Part shown: in pieces, positions 25,061-37,921 of the stretch
Layout: each line of letters opens with the position of its first letter
Position numbering within the stretch: position 1 is the first letter of the stretch
Assembly (NCBI RefSeq): GCF_006345805.1
Contig: NC_042997.1
Location: forward strand, 195,858,001-195,922,000
DNA: 64,000 nucleotides
DNA from: Octopus sinensis
Taxonomy: Eukaryota
Reading direction: 5' to 3'
Notes under the pieces: model-generated
Told to the model about the DNA's origin: nothing
The model's input: the letters and a program-made list of their open reading frames with translations, nothing else
Database searches by the model: none
Position numbers and translations under genes: made by a program

Positions 25061-25461
25061 CTAGCAGTATCGCCCGGCGTTGCTCGGGTTTGTAGGGGAA
25101 ATAACTATATAAGCATTTTTAGAGAGTTATAGCCAAAAAATAGCACGAAAATGCATTAAAAATGGAAAAAAAATTATGGTAAATTTTTTTTTAAATCGTT
25201 GACTCATCGTAGACATTTTTAGATAGTTACTTCCCTTATATAATAGCGAAAAAAAATGCATTAAAATGGAAAAAATGATGGTAATTTTTTAAAAATTCGT
25301 AGACTCATCGTAGACGCGCGCTAATACCCAGAAGGGCTCGATATGAATCACGACTATAAGATACCCGGTTTTGGGTAAACTGCACCGCAAAATGTGGGAG
25401 TAGTTAGGAATCTAAATCGTAGGAGACAGACAGCACAGAACCTCACTTTTATATATAAAGA
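25061..25461 (-). mobile_element. Non-autonomous Helitron, copy 2
   Basis: Same A|TC...CTAG|T termini and hairpin as 14245-14638. Confidence 0.85.
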
Positions 25462-25781
25462 TATATAAAGTCCATGGTCTAAAGCTATTCCAACCGTGTT
25501 GTCTGAAAGATGTATAGACATTCATTGCTAGGTAGCTACAACACCATTTAGTTTAATTTGCAGTTAAGTCAGAGGTTTAGAATGTAAGTAAAACTGAGCA
25601 ATTATTGTATATCTATTATATTACGACATTAGACAGAATATTGCCTGAACCCTAGGTCATCGGTCTTTCTCTTTATATATATACATATCTCTATTTATCT
25701 ATGTATCTATCTATCTATCTATCTACCTATCTATCTATCTATCTATCTATCTATATATCTATCTATCTATCTATCTATCCC

Positions 25782-25812
<31 letters not shown>

Positions 25813-25813
<1 letters not shown>

Positions 25814-26032
25814 CTAATCAGTGAGTATTTCGTATTTCTGGTGAATTATGAATTGTTACAGAGCAGAGGAAATTTTAAGAGACGAAAATTAAAGGAAATA
25901 ATCTTCGAAACCTATATAATTCTATATAATTCTGCTTGGTTTCTTGAAATGCAGCTGAAAGTGAATTTTAGCAAAGCCTCATGCATGCACACATACACAC
26001 ATATACGTATGCATACATGCATACACATACAC

Positions 26033-26063
<31 letters not shown>

Positions 26064-26317
26064 CATACATACATACATACATACATACATACATACATAC
26101 ATACGTACAAAACTTAAAGGACTGACCACTAAAAGTGGACGGTCAACATGCTAGATATAGACGTCAAAATCGCTATTGACGTCAGCATGCTGACCGTCCA
26201 CTTTTAGTGGTCAGTCCATTAAATTTTGTATGTAACAATATTTTAATCTTCGGATTTTTTAAATATGCTAGGCCACTGGTTTTAATTGGTTAATATCAAT
26301 TTCTACCCTTATTCAAT

Positions 26318-26355
<38 letters not shown>

Positions 26356-26479
26356 CATATATATATAGATATAGATATAGATATATACATATATATATAT
26401 ACATATATATATATATACGTATATATATATATGTATATATATATATGTATATATCTATATCTATATCTATATATATATG

Positions 26480-26511
<32 letters not shown>

Positions 26512-26517
26512 TGTATG

Positions 26518-26548
<31 letters not shown>

Positions 26549-26767
26549 GTGTATGTGTATGCATGTATGCATACGTATATGTGTGTATGTGTGCATGCAT
26601 GAGGCTTTGCTAAAATTCACTTTCAGCTGCATTTCAAGAAACCAAGCAGAATTATATAGAATTATATAGGTTTCGAAGATTATTTCCTTTAATTTTCGTC
26701 TCTTAAAATTTCCTCTGCTCTGTAACAATTCATAATTCACCAGAAATACGAAATACTCACTGATTAG
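25813..26767. repeat. Fold-back inverted duplication of unique plus microsatellite DNA
   Basis: About 25813-26103 is the reverse complement of about 26474-26767 (ORFs 25841+ and 26309- have identical N-termini); inner palindrome centred on tatacgtata near 26418. Confidence 0.9.
26108..26228. mobile_element. 121-bp hairpin MITE with TA target duplication
   Basis: TA|caaaacttaaaggactgaccactaaaagtggacggtca...tgaccgtccacttttagtggtcagtccattaaattttg|TA; arms of about 45 bp with about 3 mismatches. Confidence 0.75.
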
Positions 26768-27551
26768 TAACTTTTACTTAATATTTGCTGTCATCAAACT
26801 TCAGAATATGTTAATATATAATCAGAAATATGTAATTAATTAATCGGATGTGGAGCAGTGATAGATATATTTGTAGATTATGAAGACAGCTTGGAAGAAT
26901 TTGCTTTACCCCCGAACAACAGTTTGTAGACAACATAACAATGCCAGCAAATTTTGTCTGCTAACACAGCTTTTTATTACTAAATTATTACTATTTTGCG
27001 ATTGAAACTTGATCATATTCCATCATTAAATCCATGGTTTTGATCCAGACCAATACGGTGTATAATATTCAGCTGAGGTCACTAGGGGACATGCTGTTCC
27101 GCTGCTGCTGTCGCTGCCCCTGCTGTTGCAGCTACTGCGCACGCAAACAACCTAGTCAGTGTCCATCAAAACGGTCCCAGATTCTCTGTTATAAAATGGC
27201 TGAGACACAGACCAGCCTCTAATCTACACTCACAGACATCGTTCTCTCGGAATCGTTTTTTTAAATTCCTAATACAATATCGGCCATTGACCCTCATACA
27301 TCCAAGCAGGCATCGCCGATCCATTAGTATCTTGTGTCTAATGGCCTTTCGTCGTGTCCAACGCCTGCTAACGAATTCTACACTTCTCAAAATACCTCTC
27401 CTTCTTCCCTAGAAACTATCCCTCAGTAATCTCCCCCTTGCTTATGTTTTTCTTGCAGGTGTTGATTTACAAAGTTCAAGTGACAGCAATCTTACTGGTC
27501 TGGTATTAGTAGAGTTATGGATGACAATTAATCTGAGAGCCGAGCATATCA

Positions 27552-27602
<51 letters not shown>

Positions 27603-28229
27603 GTGGCCATCTATCATCATTATAATAACAAGTTACAACTAAATTTAATTCACAGCTTTGAATTATGCTTTTACACTCTCCAAGTAGAATGTATTTCATA
27701 CAAATTACAACTAATATTATAGCGATGTCATTATTAACAAAACAGCAGTCTTACATTCATCTGGTTTATAGTTACCACTAATACCCGAATATGAATGACA
27801 TTGTGAATGACAGTAACAGACAAAAAACATTACAAAAATTATCTCTAATGTAAACACTACAATTTTCAGCCTTTTAATGGATTACACACTGAATTAAAAA
27901 GACAGAAGAGAGAGAGAGAGAGGGTTACAAAAACTTTAGAACGAAATAAAATATGAAAATATAATCCCTAAAAGCTTTTACTTCATAAAACGAATTATTG
28001 GATAGTGTTTTTTTTTAAAACAAATCTGTGCCACAGCATGGTCGTAACTGCGTTGCCTGAAACAAACTAAAGAGGTAAAACTAAAGAACATAACGTCTTC
28101 TCGACGTTATTCAAATTTGCTTTTGAATTTATAATTCGGATATTTAATGTTTTTGTTTCCTATTGTTCGTTTGCAGTATTGAAGATGTCGGTTGAACGCC
28201 AGAAAATGATTTGAAGTGGACTTCATGCC

Positions 28230-28740
28230 GTATGTTAAATCTCCTCAAATCTCTCCGTTTCTGCAGTATCAAGCTTAACACTCCACACCTGACCCAATGC
28301 TTCACAATGTTAGCTTCAATCCATACCAAACCCTTAATCTCTCCTTTTCTAAGAATATATTTTCCTAGGTTTCGGAAACAGGCTACACAGTACCCAATCC
28401 CCAAAAGGACACTGCATCCGTCCTACCAATACCATCATATTGCTTCCATTTCTACAACTCCCAAAAGTAACGAAATCATCCATTAGCAACATCACCATCC
28501 GATAACTAGAATCTTCCTCTTTCTTCAATGACCACCGATACTGTTTCCGTAGTGCCACATATGATGGAGTTCTACGTTCCTATATCATTTAGAAGTGAGC
28601 TTTCTCATATCGAGAAATACGGTTATAGCATTGTCTTTCTACTCAATATTAGCAAACGGGTCGATCGTATCTGGTGCGAGAATCGAATGCCAAAACTACC
28701 TGTCAATCGACTCCATCCATGTTTTGACTAATTTTGATGA
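28230..28740 (+). mobile_element. Highly degenerate Jockey/CR1-group RT fragment
   Basis: Frameshifted remnants YPIPKR..PSYQY..IASIS..PKSNEII and LLNISKRVDRIWCE..MPKLP, resembling the RT motifs PIPKK..NYRPI and LDISKAFDRVWH. Confidence 0.55.
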
Positions 28741-29439
28741 CTTACGTTTTCTGTCAGGCCACAAAATGGCCTTATGTCCGAGTACATTCCTCTGATTGAA
28801 ACAGGTTTAAAAAAAAAAAGCTGGGATCATAATTCAAACCCAAGAAGAATTGGGAGATGAAAAGAGTGATGAGAGTTGAGAACGTTAGAGAAATGTCAAT
28901 GGCCTTTTATAACAAAAGGCTTAATAGGAATGGTGGAATGAACGAACATACTTTAAATTGCCTTTTTAGTTGTTAGGATGTATCCACCCGTATTACGGGT
29001 CTTTAGATTCTTCGTCAGTGTCAGGATTGAAATTCAAATGAATGAGAAATTTCGCCTACAGCAGAAGGGTTACCCACCCTAAACTAGACTTTGTTGTGAG
29101 GTTTGCTTTTGGTAATAATATAGCAGGTGGATTTACGTATTAAGCTTTAGATTTTGACTTAAGTAGCGACCATAGCGAAGTGAAACATAGTTGTTGTTCG
29201 TGTCCAAATCAACCTTAATCCAAAATGAGCTACGATCAAAGCCAATTCACTGATGAAATATGATTCCTTAAGCATTATATGTTTTGCAAACAACTTGCAC
29301 ATGCAAGTGCTACCAGTTAAAAGCTCCGTATACCGGAAGCTAGCAAGTGTATGGGGTCATAAGGAGAGAATGCGCGCCGTTTCGGGGCCTACCTCTCGAC
29401 GGCATCAATGCGCACCGCCCCCCCCCCTCACTGATATGA

Positions 29440-29870
29440 GGCCACACATGCTAGATCAGCTGGTTATGAAGAACTCAATATACTTCTAGCCATCGCTCAT
29501 CGTCTCTTTTTAACCAAATCCAGTGGCTAGCCTTCTCCACTGTAGATTGGATATCAGTCATAGTGGTATTGACTTTACGATGAGTTAAGCCTATCGATAA
29601 CAACAGTCGTCTCACGCTGTGTCCAACAAACCCTCTACATCCGACTTCAATAGGAAAATATTCCGCTTTCCAGCCTGCGTCTTCACATTCCTCGAGGAGA
29701 TTTTCATTACGGTTCAATTTTCGAGCCCGAGCGGCGTCCATATTATCTTCATGAGGAACCGTTAGCTCGACTATATTTACAACTTTCTTTTCTTTTAGAG
29801 AGATTATAACTGCTAGTTTTGGTAGGTCGTGTGACCACCTTTCTCATAATGGTATTCCTGGTGATTAAGA
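29440..29870 (-). mobile_element. 3' fragment of a HERO-like RLE non-LTR retrotransposon
   Basis: KEKKVVNIVELTVPHEDNMDAARARK...GWKAEYFPIEVGCRGFVG...ASHWIWLKRDD (ORF 29475-29741 plus upstream). Confidence 0.8.
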
Positions 29871-30957
29871 AGACAAATGTACAATACAAATTTCATTATT
29901 ATTCATATAATTGAAGGCAGTGAACAGACAGAATCTTTACCGCGACGGGAAAAGTGTTCAGACTATACGTTGTGAGTTCAAATGCGCCAGGATCAATTCT
30001 TATCTTTCATTCTTTTGGATTCGATAAAATAGGTACCAGCTGAGTCCTGGGGTCGATGTAATCGCTTCACCCCTGCCCTCATAATTATTGGTCTCGTGTC
30101 AAGATTCATATTACCAATGATTAATCTCATCATCTTTACGTTCTGAACTGAGAAATGTGTGAAGGACCGTCCCCTACTAATGACGCTGTTTGGCACATCA
30201 TTTTTAGATTTCAGGTTCGATACTCGGACAGGCCTAGAGTTTCAAAACAAGGTACCTCATTTCTCGGTTTTCAACTGCAAATCAGTACCGGCGATGTCGG
30301 TGAGTTAGTACCGCTACAGAGTAGCATCTTGCCGATGACAGAATCTGGTATCTATTTCTCTATTACATAGAAGAGACAAACAAGGACAGACAAAGGTATT
30401 AAGTCGTTTACATCGACCCCAGTGCGTAACTGGTACTTAATTTATCGACCCCGAAAGGATGAAAGGCAAAGTCGACCTCGGCGGAATTTGAAGTCAGGAC
30501 GTAACGGCAGACGAAATACCGCTATGCATTTCGCCTGGCTTGCTAACGATTCTGTCAGCCCATCTTATGGACAGAGTCTGATATCACCAGCCTGAATGCC
30601 ATAAATATGCGGACAATCTTCAGTTCTATGAAACGAAAGCCACTAGGATTAGACAGTAAAGAAGATTACCGAAAACATGGGTTGTCTTTTCTCTCTATTT
30701 CGCTACTTTTGTCGTTTGTTTTTCATTTCCAAAATCCCATATTGTAACATCTTAGAGAATTTGCTGATGCGCCTATTTTATTTTTTCGTTGCATTTTGTT
30801 CAAATATAATTGTCCGCGTGTGACAATGTGCGAGATTCTAGAGTTTTCACGGTATAGACGTTTGCGTTTGTTTTAAAGTTTACACAGATTGGTACTATGC
30901 ATACTTTGGCGTCTACTTTTATGCATGTATGTATGCATTATTTATATCTGTGCGTAG

Positions 30958-31021
<64 letters not shown>

Positions 31022-31227
31022 TAAATAGATTGATAGATAGATAGATAGATAGATATATAGACAGATTGATACACATACACGAACATACTGATAGATTGAT
31101 ACATTCAAACATACACACACAGAGCTATATGTGTGTAATATATATATACGCTTATTCGAGTGTCTGTTTAGGTATATACATATATACATATATATACATT
31201 TTTATATAAACATATATAGCTGTATAC

Positions 31228-31289
<62 letters not shown>

Positions 31290-31365
31290 ACGTTTATAAC
31301 AATATATAACAATATATATATATATTATATATAAACATATATAGCTGTATACATATATATATATA

Positions 31366-31406
<41 letters not shown>

Positions 31407-31422
31407 ATATATATATATATAT

Positions 31423-31473
<51 letters not shown>

Positions 31474-32052
31474 CATATGCGTGTGTGTGCAGATACATAG
31501 ACAGATAGATAGATAGATATACACAGTGATTCATGTATGCAATCACACATAGTGAGAGATGCAAGCACAATAGTAAAACATACAAAAGCATACAAATGCA
31601 CACACACACTTATAAATACACATCTGTGTATGTGAAGGCATCAGTATATACGGAGGTCGAAATCTTTATATAAAAAAAAAAACATCTTCCTATGATTATT
31701 CTCTTACACAATTCGACCAGGAAATGTAAAAGCAAATATTCATTACAACAATGTTTATACAATGTGTCATTCTCAAATTATTTCCATCCGTTATGTTTTT
31801 CTGCCGTAACACAAGGTCAGTCTATAATGCGTCCGCTACATCACAATGTCCGAAAAAAACACAGACGTGTTATCCATAAGACAACAATAATATCTATGGA
31901 AGAGTTAGAATGGAAGAATTATATTCGTCACAGTTTTGTCAACTTGGTTATTGATGCAATATTTCTCTTTCTTTGGAGTTGAATGTGATTTTTTTTTCGC
32001 CCTTCTCCAGCCTAGCCGGGCTCATGGGCCCGGTTTCCCAGTTTCTGTGCCG

Positions 32053-32114
<62 letters not shown>

Positions 32115-32734
32115 CATATCTATCTATCTATCTATCTATTATCTCTCTCTCTCTCTCCTCTCTCTCTGTCTCTCTCTGTCTCTCTCTCTCTCTCCTCTCT
32201 CTCTCTATATATATTATATATATATATATATATATATGGACGGGACGCCAGTCCATCGCAGTGTTATTCAAGAAACAGGAAGAAAGAGTGAAACTTGGAG
32301 CGAAAGTGTACATCAGGGGTCGCCAGCACCCACCTGCCGGAGACTCATGGAGCTGTTAGGTGTTTTCGCTCAATAAAAACACACAACGCCCGGTCTCGGA
32401 ATCGAAATTACGATCCTCCAACCGCGAGTTCGCGGCCCTATCCACTGGGCCATTGCGCCTCCACGAATGTGATCTTAGTTTCAAATTTTGCGGCAATTTT
32501 CGGGCAGAGGTAAGTGAACTACGTTGACCACAGTGGTCAACTGGTACCTATTTTGTCGACCCCAGAAGGATAAAAGCTAAATTTGAACTCGCAACGTAAA
32601 GACGGACGAATGCAACGATCGTGTTAGCTTGCCGCCTTGAATATTATATTCCTTTCTATTATAGGCACAAGGCCAGCAATTTCGACGGAGGGAAAGGGAT
32701 GAAAGGCAAAGTCGACCTCTGCAGAATTTGAAAT

Positions 32735-32957
32735 GCGCCCGTTTAAAGCCTAGCTATGTTCATGGGCCCGGTTTCCCGGTTTCTATGGCGTACGTGTTCC
32801 CCAGTCCATCGCAGCGTTACTCATTTTTGCCAGCTCAGTGGACTGGAACAACGTGAAATGAAGTGTTTTGCTCAAGAACACAACGCGTCGCTCGGTCCAG
32901 GAATCGAAACCACAATCTTACGATCATGATGCTGACACCCTAACCACTAAGCCACGC
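32735..32957 (-). mobile_element. tRNA-derived SINE nested within another SINE body
   Basis: Reverse complement of the 12710 family; flanked by aggcaaagtcgacctctgcagaatttgaa and cagaatttgaactcagaac, the two halves of the array-family core. Confidence 0.7.
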
Positions 32958-33440
32958 AGAATTTGAACTCAGAACATAAAGATGGACGAAATGCCGCAAC
33001 GCACTTTTCCCAGCGTGATACCGATTCTGCCAGCTCGCCACCCTGGAGTTGAATGATATATTGACAAATACGTACATTAATGGTTTCTAAGTCTGGCACA
33101 AAAGGAAGAATTTCCGCGATGTCAGCATTGGCAATCCTGCTGGTCCCCAAAACTTGGCTGCTGATTTTTTTTATTGATAATCGATGGATAAAAATAAAAG
33201 TCGATTTTGTCAGGATTTACACTCGGAAATAAAAAGATAAAACACGAACACAATTTTTTTAGGTTCAGATTTAGGCTCAACTGATTTCAGGAGAGGGAAA
33301 AGGTCGACTCCAGTATAAAACTAGTACTTATTTAGTCGACACCAAAAGAATGAAGAGCAAAACTGCCCTCGGTAGCATTTCAACTCAGAACGCAGATACG
33401 AAATACCACAAATCATTTCGCCCGGCGTGCTAACGTTTCT

Positions 33441-34037
33441 TATTTCTTTATTGCCCACAAGGAGCTAAACATAGAGGGGACAAACAAGGACAGACAAAGG
33501 GATTAAGTCGATTACATCAACCCCAGTGCGTAACTGGTACTTAATTCATCGAACCCGAAAGGATGAAAGGCAAAGTCGACCTCGGCGGAATTTGAACTCA
33601 GAACGTAGAGGCAGATGAAATACCTATTTCTTTATTACCCACAAGGGGCTAAACACAGAGGGGACAAACAAGGACAGACATAGGTATTAAGTCTATTACA
33701 TCGACCCCAGTGCGTAACTGGTACTTAATTTATCGACCCCGAAAGGATGAAAGGCAAAGTCGACCTCGGCGGAATTTGAACTCAGAACGTAGCGGCAGAT
33801 GAAATACCTATTTCTTTATTACCCACAAGGGGCTAAACATAGAGGAGACAAACAAGGACAGACATATGTATTAAGTCGATTACATCGACCCCAGTGCGTA
33901 ACTGGTACTTAATTTATCGACCCCGAAAGGATGAAAGGCAAAGTCGACCTCGGCGGAATTTGAACTCAGAACGTAGCGGCAGATGAAATACCGCTCAGCA
34001 TTTTGCCCGGCGTGCTAACGTTTCTGCCTGATCGCCG
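33441..34037 (-). mobile_element. Tandem SINE array, 3 units, period 184
   Basis: Junction gaaatacc|tatttcttta at 33624 and 33808; head at about 33990-34037. Confidence 0.9.
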
Positions 34038-35461
34038 ACAAGCAACAGCCCAAGATGCTACAAAAATATATGGCCACAGCGAATATATTCCTTTCTACTA
34101 TTTACGAAAAGCCTGAACTTTAAGGTGATCGGTTTAATCGATTACATCGATCCCAAAGCGTGACTTATAGACCCCGTTGAGTCAGGACCTCGATCACTTT
34201 CCTACGGGAAATTGATGGGGCACTGCCCTTTAATTCCCGACTCGACAAAACTGTAGGCCATTCGAGACTAGATAGATTGCTTCCTATTTATTATGATTAT
34301 GAAGGCGGCGAACTGGCAGAATAGTACTCCGGCCAAAATGCCAAGCAGCATTTCGTTCGTCTTTGAGTTCGTGACTTATCGACCCCGTGACTTATCGACC
34401 CCCGAAACGATGAACGGTAAAGTCCACCTTGGAGTAATTTGAACTGAGAACGTAAAGACCGACAACATGCCTGCTAAGTATGTTGTTCACCGTGATATCG
34501 AATCTGGCTGCTGCCACCTTCAGAACAACAACGAGTTGTATTGTTTCTGATATCGGTACAAGGTCAGAAAATTTAGGGGAGGGTTAGTCGATATTAACGG
34601 TGCCATTATTTGATTAGTAAATAATTTCATCGAAACCCGAGGGCTGAACAGCAGCGAAATCGATCTTGGCGGAATTTGAACTCACAGCCTTTGGAACCGG
34701 AAGAAATGTCGAAATTTTGTTCCGAGACTCTTACAGTTCTGCCGGCTCTGTAATAACGGTTTCAAATCTTTTGCACAGGGCCAGCAATTTTAGGAGTTGG
34801 AGTAAGTCGATTATATTGACCCCAGTGCTTATCTGGTACTTATTTTAAGGACTCCGAAAGGACGAAAGGCAAAGTTAACCTCGGTGGAATTTTAGCTCAG
34901 GACGTAATGGCGCTAAGCGTTTTGCCCGATGTATTAACGATCCTAGCAGCTAGCCACCTTTGAAAGCCAGGGATACTGCATGGAGGGGCAATTCGGATTC
35001 ATCGATCTCATTAACGGTAATATTTGCGCTTGACAACTGAGCTGTTTCTGTAATGGATTGGTAACTGTTTGTTATTGACCAGAATTATGATGATAAAACC
35101 AGCTAGGATTACAGTTAAGGATTGTGGAAGGAAAGAGAAGGAATCAGTTCACATGTAAACGGAATACTCAGTCATTGTCTATCAAAAATTAGTGGGAGGA
35201 AATTAGGAATAGTCCATTACTATTAAATAGGTGAAAATTTCAAAAGACACTTAACGTAGTATGTGTCACATTTAGCGGAAGAATCCCCTCGGAAACGAAG
35301 GTATTCGAAAGGAAATTTAAAATTATCTTGCACAGGATGAAATATGGAAATTGAATATTGCAATTTCGGAAACGGAACAGAAATTTATTGAATATTATGA
35401 AAAACCACACATACACACATGTACGATGAAAAGCGAAACAACGAGACAACTAAGGAAATGA

Positions 35462-35641
<180 letters not shown>

Positions 35642-35924
35642 TATATATATATGCATACATGTCGATACATGTGTATATATATAAACATATATATCATTCA
35701 CAGAGGCAGACTGACAGTCAAGCAGATACATACACGGATAGCGAGAAATGTGTATATGTGTCTGTGTGCGTGTGTGTGTGAAGCTTGTATGTGTGCGTTT
35801 GTGTGTGCTTGTGGGTAAAAGAGTTCGCATGTGCTTGCGTATGAGAACAAATAAACAGTTTGTGATAATACTGTGCTTGATGGATATTTAGAGTTATATA
35901 CGTCAGTCGTATACAAGTACCTAT

Positions 35925-36152
35925 AGATCGAAGGATCGTGGGTTCGAATCACAGACCGGGCGATGTGTGTGTTTATGAGTGAAACACCTAAGCTCCACGC
36001 GGCTCCGGCAGAAGGTAATGGCGAACTTCTGCTGACTCTCTCGTCACAACTTTCTCTCGCTCTTTCCTCCTCCTGCATGTTGCAGCTCATCTGCGACGGA
36101 CCGGCGTCCCGTCCAGGTAGGGAAACTATACACCAGGAAAACCGGGAAACCG
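35925..36152 (+). mobile_element. tRNA-derived SINE, partial
   Basis: gggttcgaatcacagaccgggcgatgtg...; same family as 2385-2640. Confidence 0.7.
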
Positions 36153-36202
36153 GCTCGAGAAGGAACAAACAATGTATATGAATGTATATTATATATAGAT
36201 AT

Positions 36203-36365
36203 AGCGCAGGAGTGGCTGTGTGGTAAGTAGCTTGCTAACCAGCCACATGGTTCCGGGTTCAGTCCCACTGCGTGGCATCTTGGGCAAGTGTCTTTTGCTA
36301 TAGCCCCGGGCCGACCAATGCCTTGTGCGTGGATTTGGTAGACGAAAACTGAAAGAAGCCTGTCG

Positions 36366-36398
<33 letters not shown>

Positions 36399-36618
36399 GT
36401 TTGTGTGTCTGTGTTTGTCCCCCTAGCATTGCTTGACAACCGATGCTGGTGTGTTTACGTCCCCGTCACTTAACGGTTCGGCAAAAGAGACTGATAGAAT
36501 AAGTACTGGGCTTACAAAGAATAAGTCCCGGGGTCGATTTGCTCGACTAAAGGCGGTGCTGCAGCATGGCCGCAGTCAAAATGGCTGAAACAAGTAAAAG
36601 AGTAAAAGAGTAAAAGAG
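36203..36618 (+). mobile_element. SINE of the 19925 family, full length
   Basis: Head agcgcaggagtggctgtgtgg to tail aagtaaaagagtaaaagag. Confidence 0.85.
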
Positions 36619-37619
36619 ATAAACATGCACACACGCACGTTCACACACACGCACACACATTTGTGTGCGTGTGCGCGTGTGTGTGTGTTAGTGTGTCCGA
36701 GAAATGCACTATGAAGAACATCACATCGTTGATATGCGTGCATGTCCTTCTGTGACGGATGTTTATTTGGCATTGTTCCGGATTATAAAACTTATGAACA
36801 TGCAGATGACAATATTCCATATTAAACGATTGAACCTAAAATACGAAATAAAAAAATGCAGGTAAAAAGTAAATAAAAAAGAGAGAGACAAACCGATATA
36901 GAAAAAAGCAAAAAGAAAATAGAAACTGACATTTGGCGTGTTTTGGGTTTGTGGGTACCTCCCGGGTCACGTTATATATAGATGTTTTTCAGGACACATG
37001 GTAGGAATTGAAAATGCATGGATGTTTTTGTTTAAAGGATTTCCCCGTTCCCGGTCCACCTGGGATTCAAAACGTGAAAAAAGAAGAGCCCACTTTGTTC
37101 AGTTTTGGGTGTCAAGTTAAGAGGCTGCGTTGGAACTATCTGGTTCCGGAATGAGTCTCAATGCGTTGCAACTTGGGCATGTATCTTGTAATTAGCACTG
37201 GATCTACTTATGCCTACTCAGTGAATTTGATAGATGGACACTGAGTGAAAAAAAGGGCACATATTATTATTATTATTGTTATTTTTATTGTATTTTTGTA
37301 TTTATATTGTGTAGCATCGTCTGTTTTTCCGTCCTTGTTTTCGCATACATTCGATGCTTTTTTCCAAGGAATCTAATGCTCTTAGCTTAGTTTTTTCCTT
37401 GGGGTTGACCAGATTGGAGCAATCTCAAGATTAATCAGCCTAAATTGCGTGGATGATCCGGTTCTTGACTAAGGATAAAAGGCTTCGAATGACCCCTCTT
37501 TGTTTTTTTGTATCGTCTATCTGGATATTTTGTTGTCCCTTTTTGTATCACCTAGTTGTCTGGATATTCTGCGTTCATGTCCCATTTTGAATTTTATTAT
37601 ATATATATATAATAAAATT

Positions 37620-37832
37620 CAAAATGTGACCGCGTGTGTACCGTTGGCGATTTTTTTCCCTCTGTCTTCCCTTCTCTGGATCTTTCATATTCCTATGTTT
37701 CTGACGAAGAGCTCCGCTCGAAACGTTCAACCCTCCTTCTTTCCTTCTTTCCTGAGCGTCCAATAATACTATATTTGTTCCACGTCCTCGCGTTGTTGTG
37801 TTTTTTGTGTGCTTTCTTGTTTGGCTTAACTA
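37620..37832 (+). mobile_element. Penelope-like non-autonomous fragment with minimal hammerhead-like core at 37697-37731
   Basis: gttt CTGACGA a gagc tcc gctc GAAAC GT t caac; same family at 53565-53765 and a fragment at 44565-44640 (minus). Confidence 0.6.
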
Positions 37833-37862
37833 TATATATATAGCGGCGTACGTACACTTTGT

Positions 37863-37921
<59 letters not shown>

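Noticed and set aside
34960-35090. Minus-strand peptide TAQLSSANITVNEIDESELP, and DVNDTDNRPIF in ORF 15032-15292, resembling cadherin linkers
   Set aside because: Short, bounded by stops, and lacking DxNDN/PxF spacing and other cadherin motifs; likely chance.
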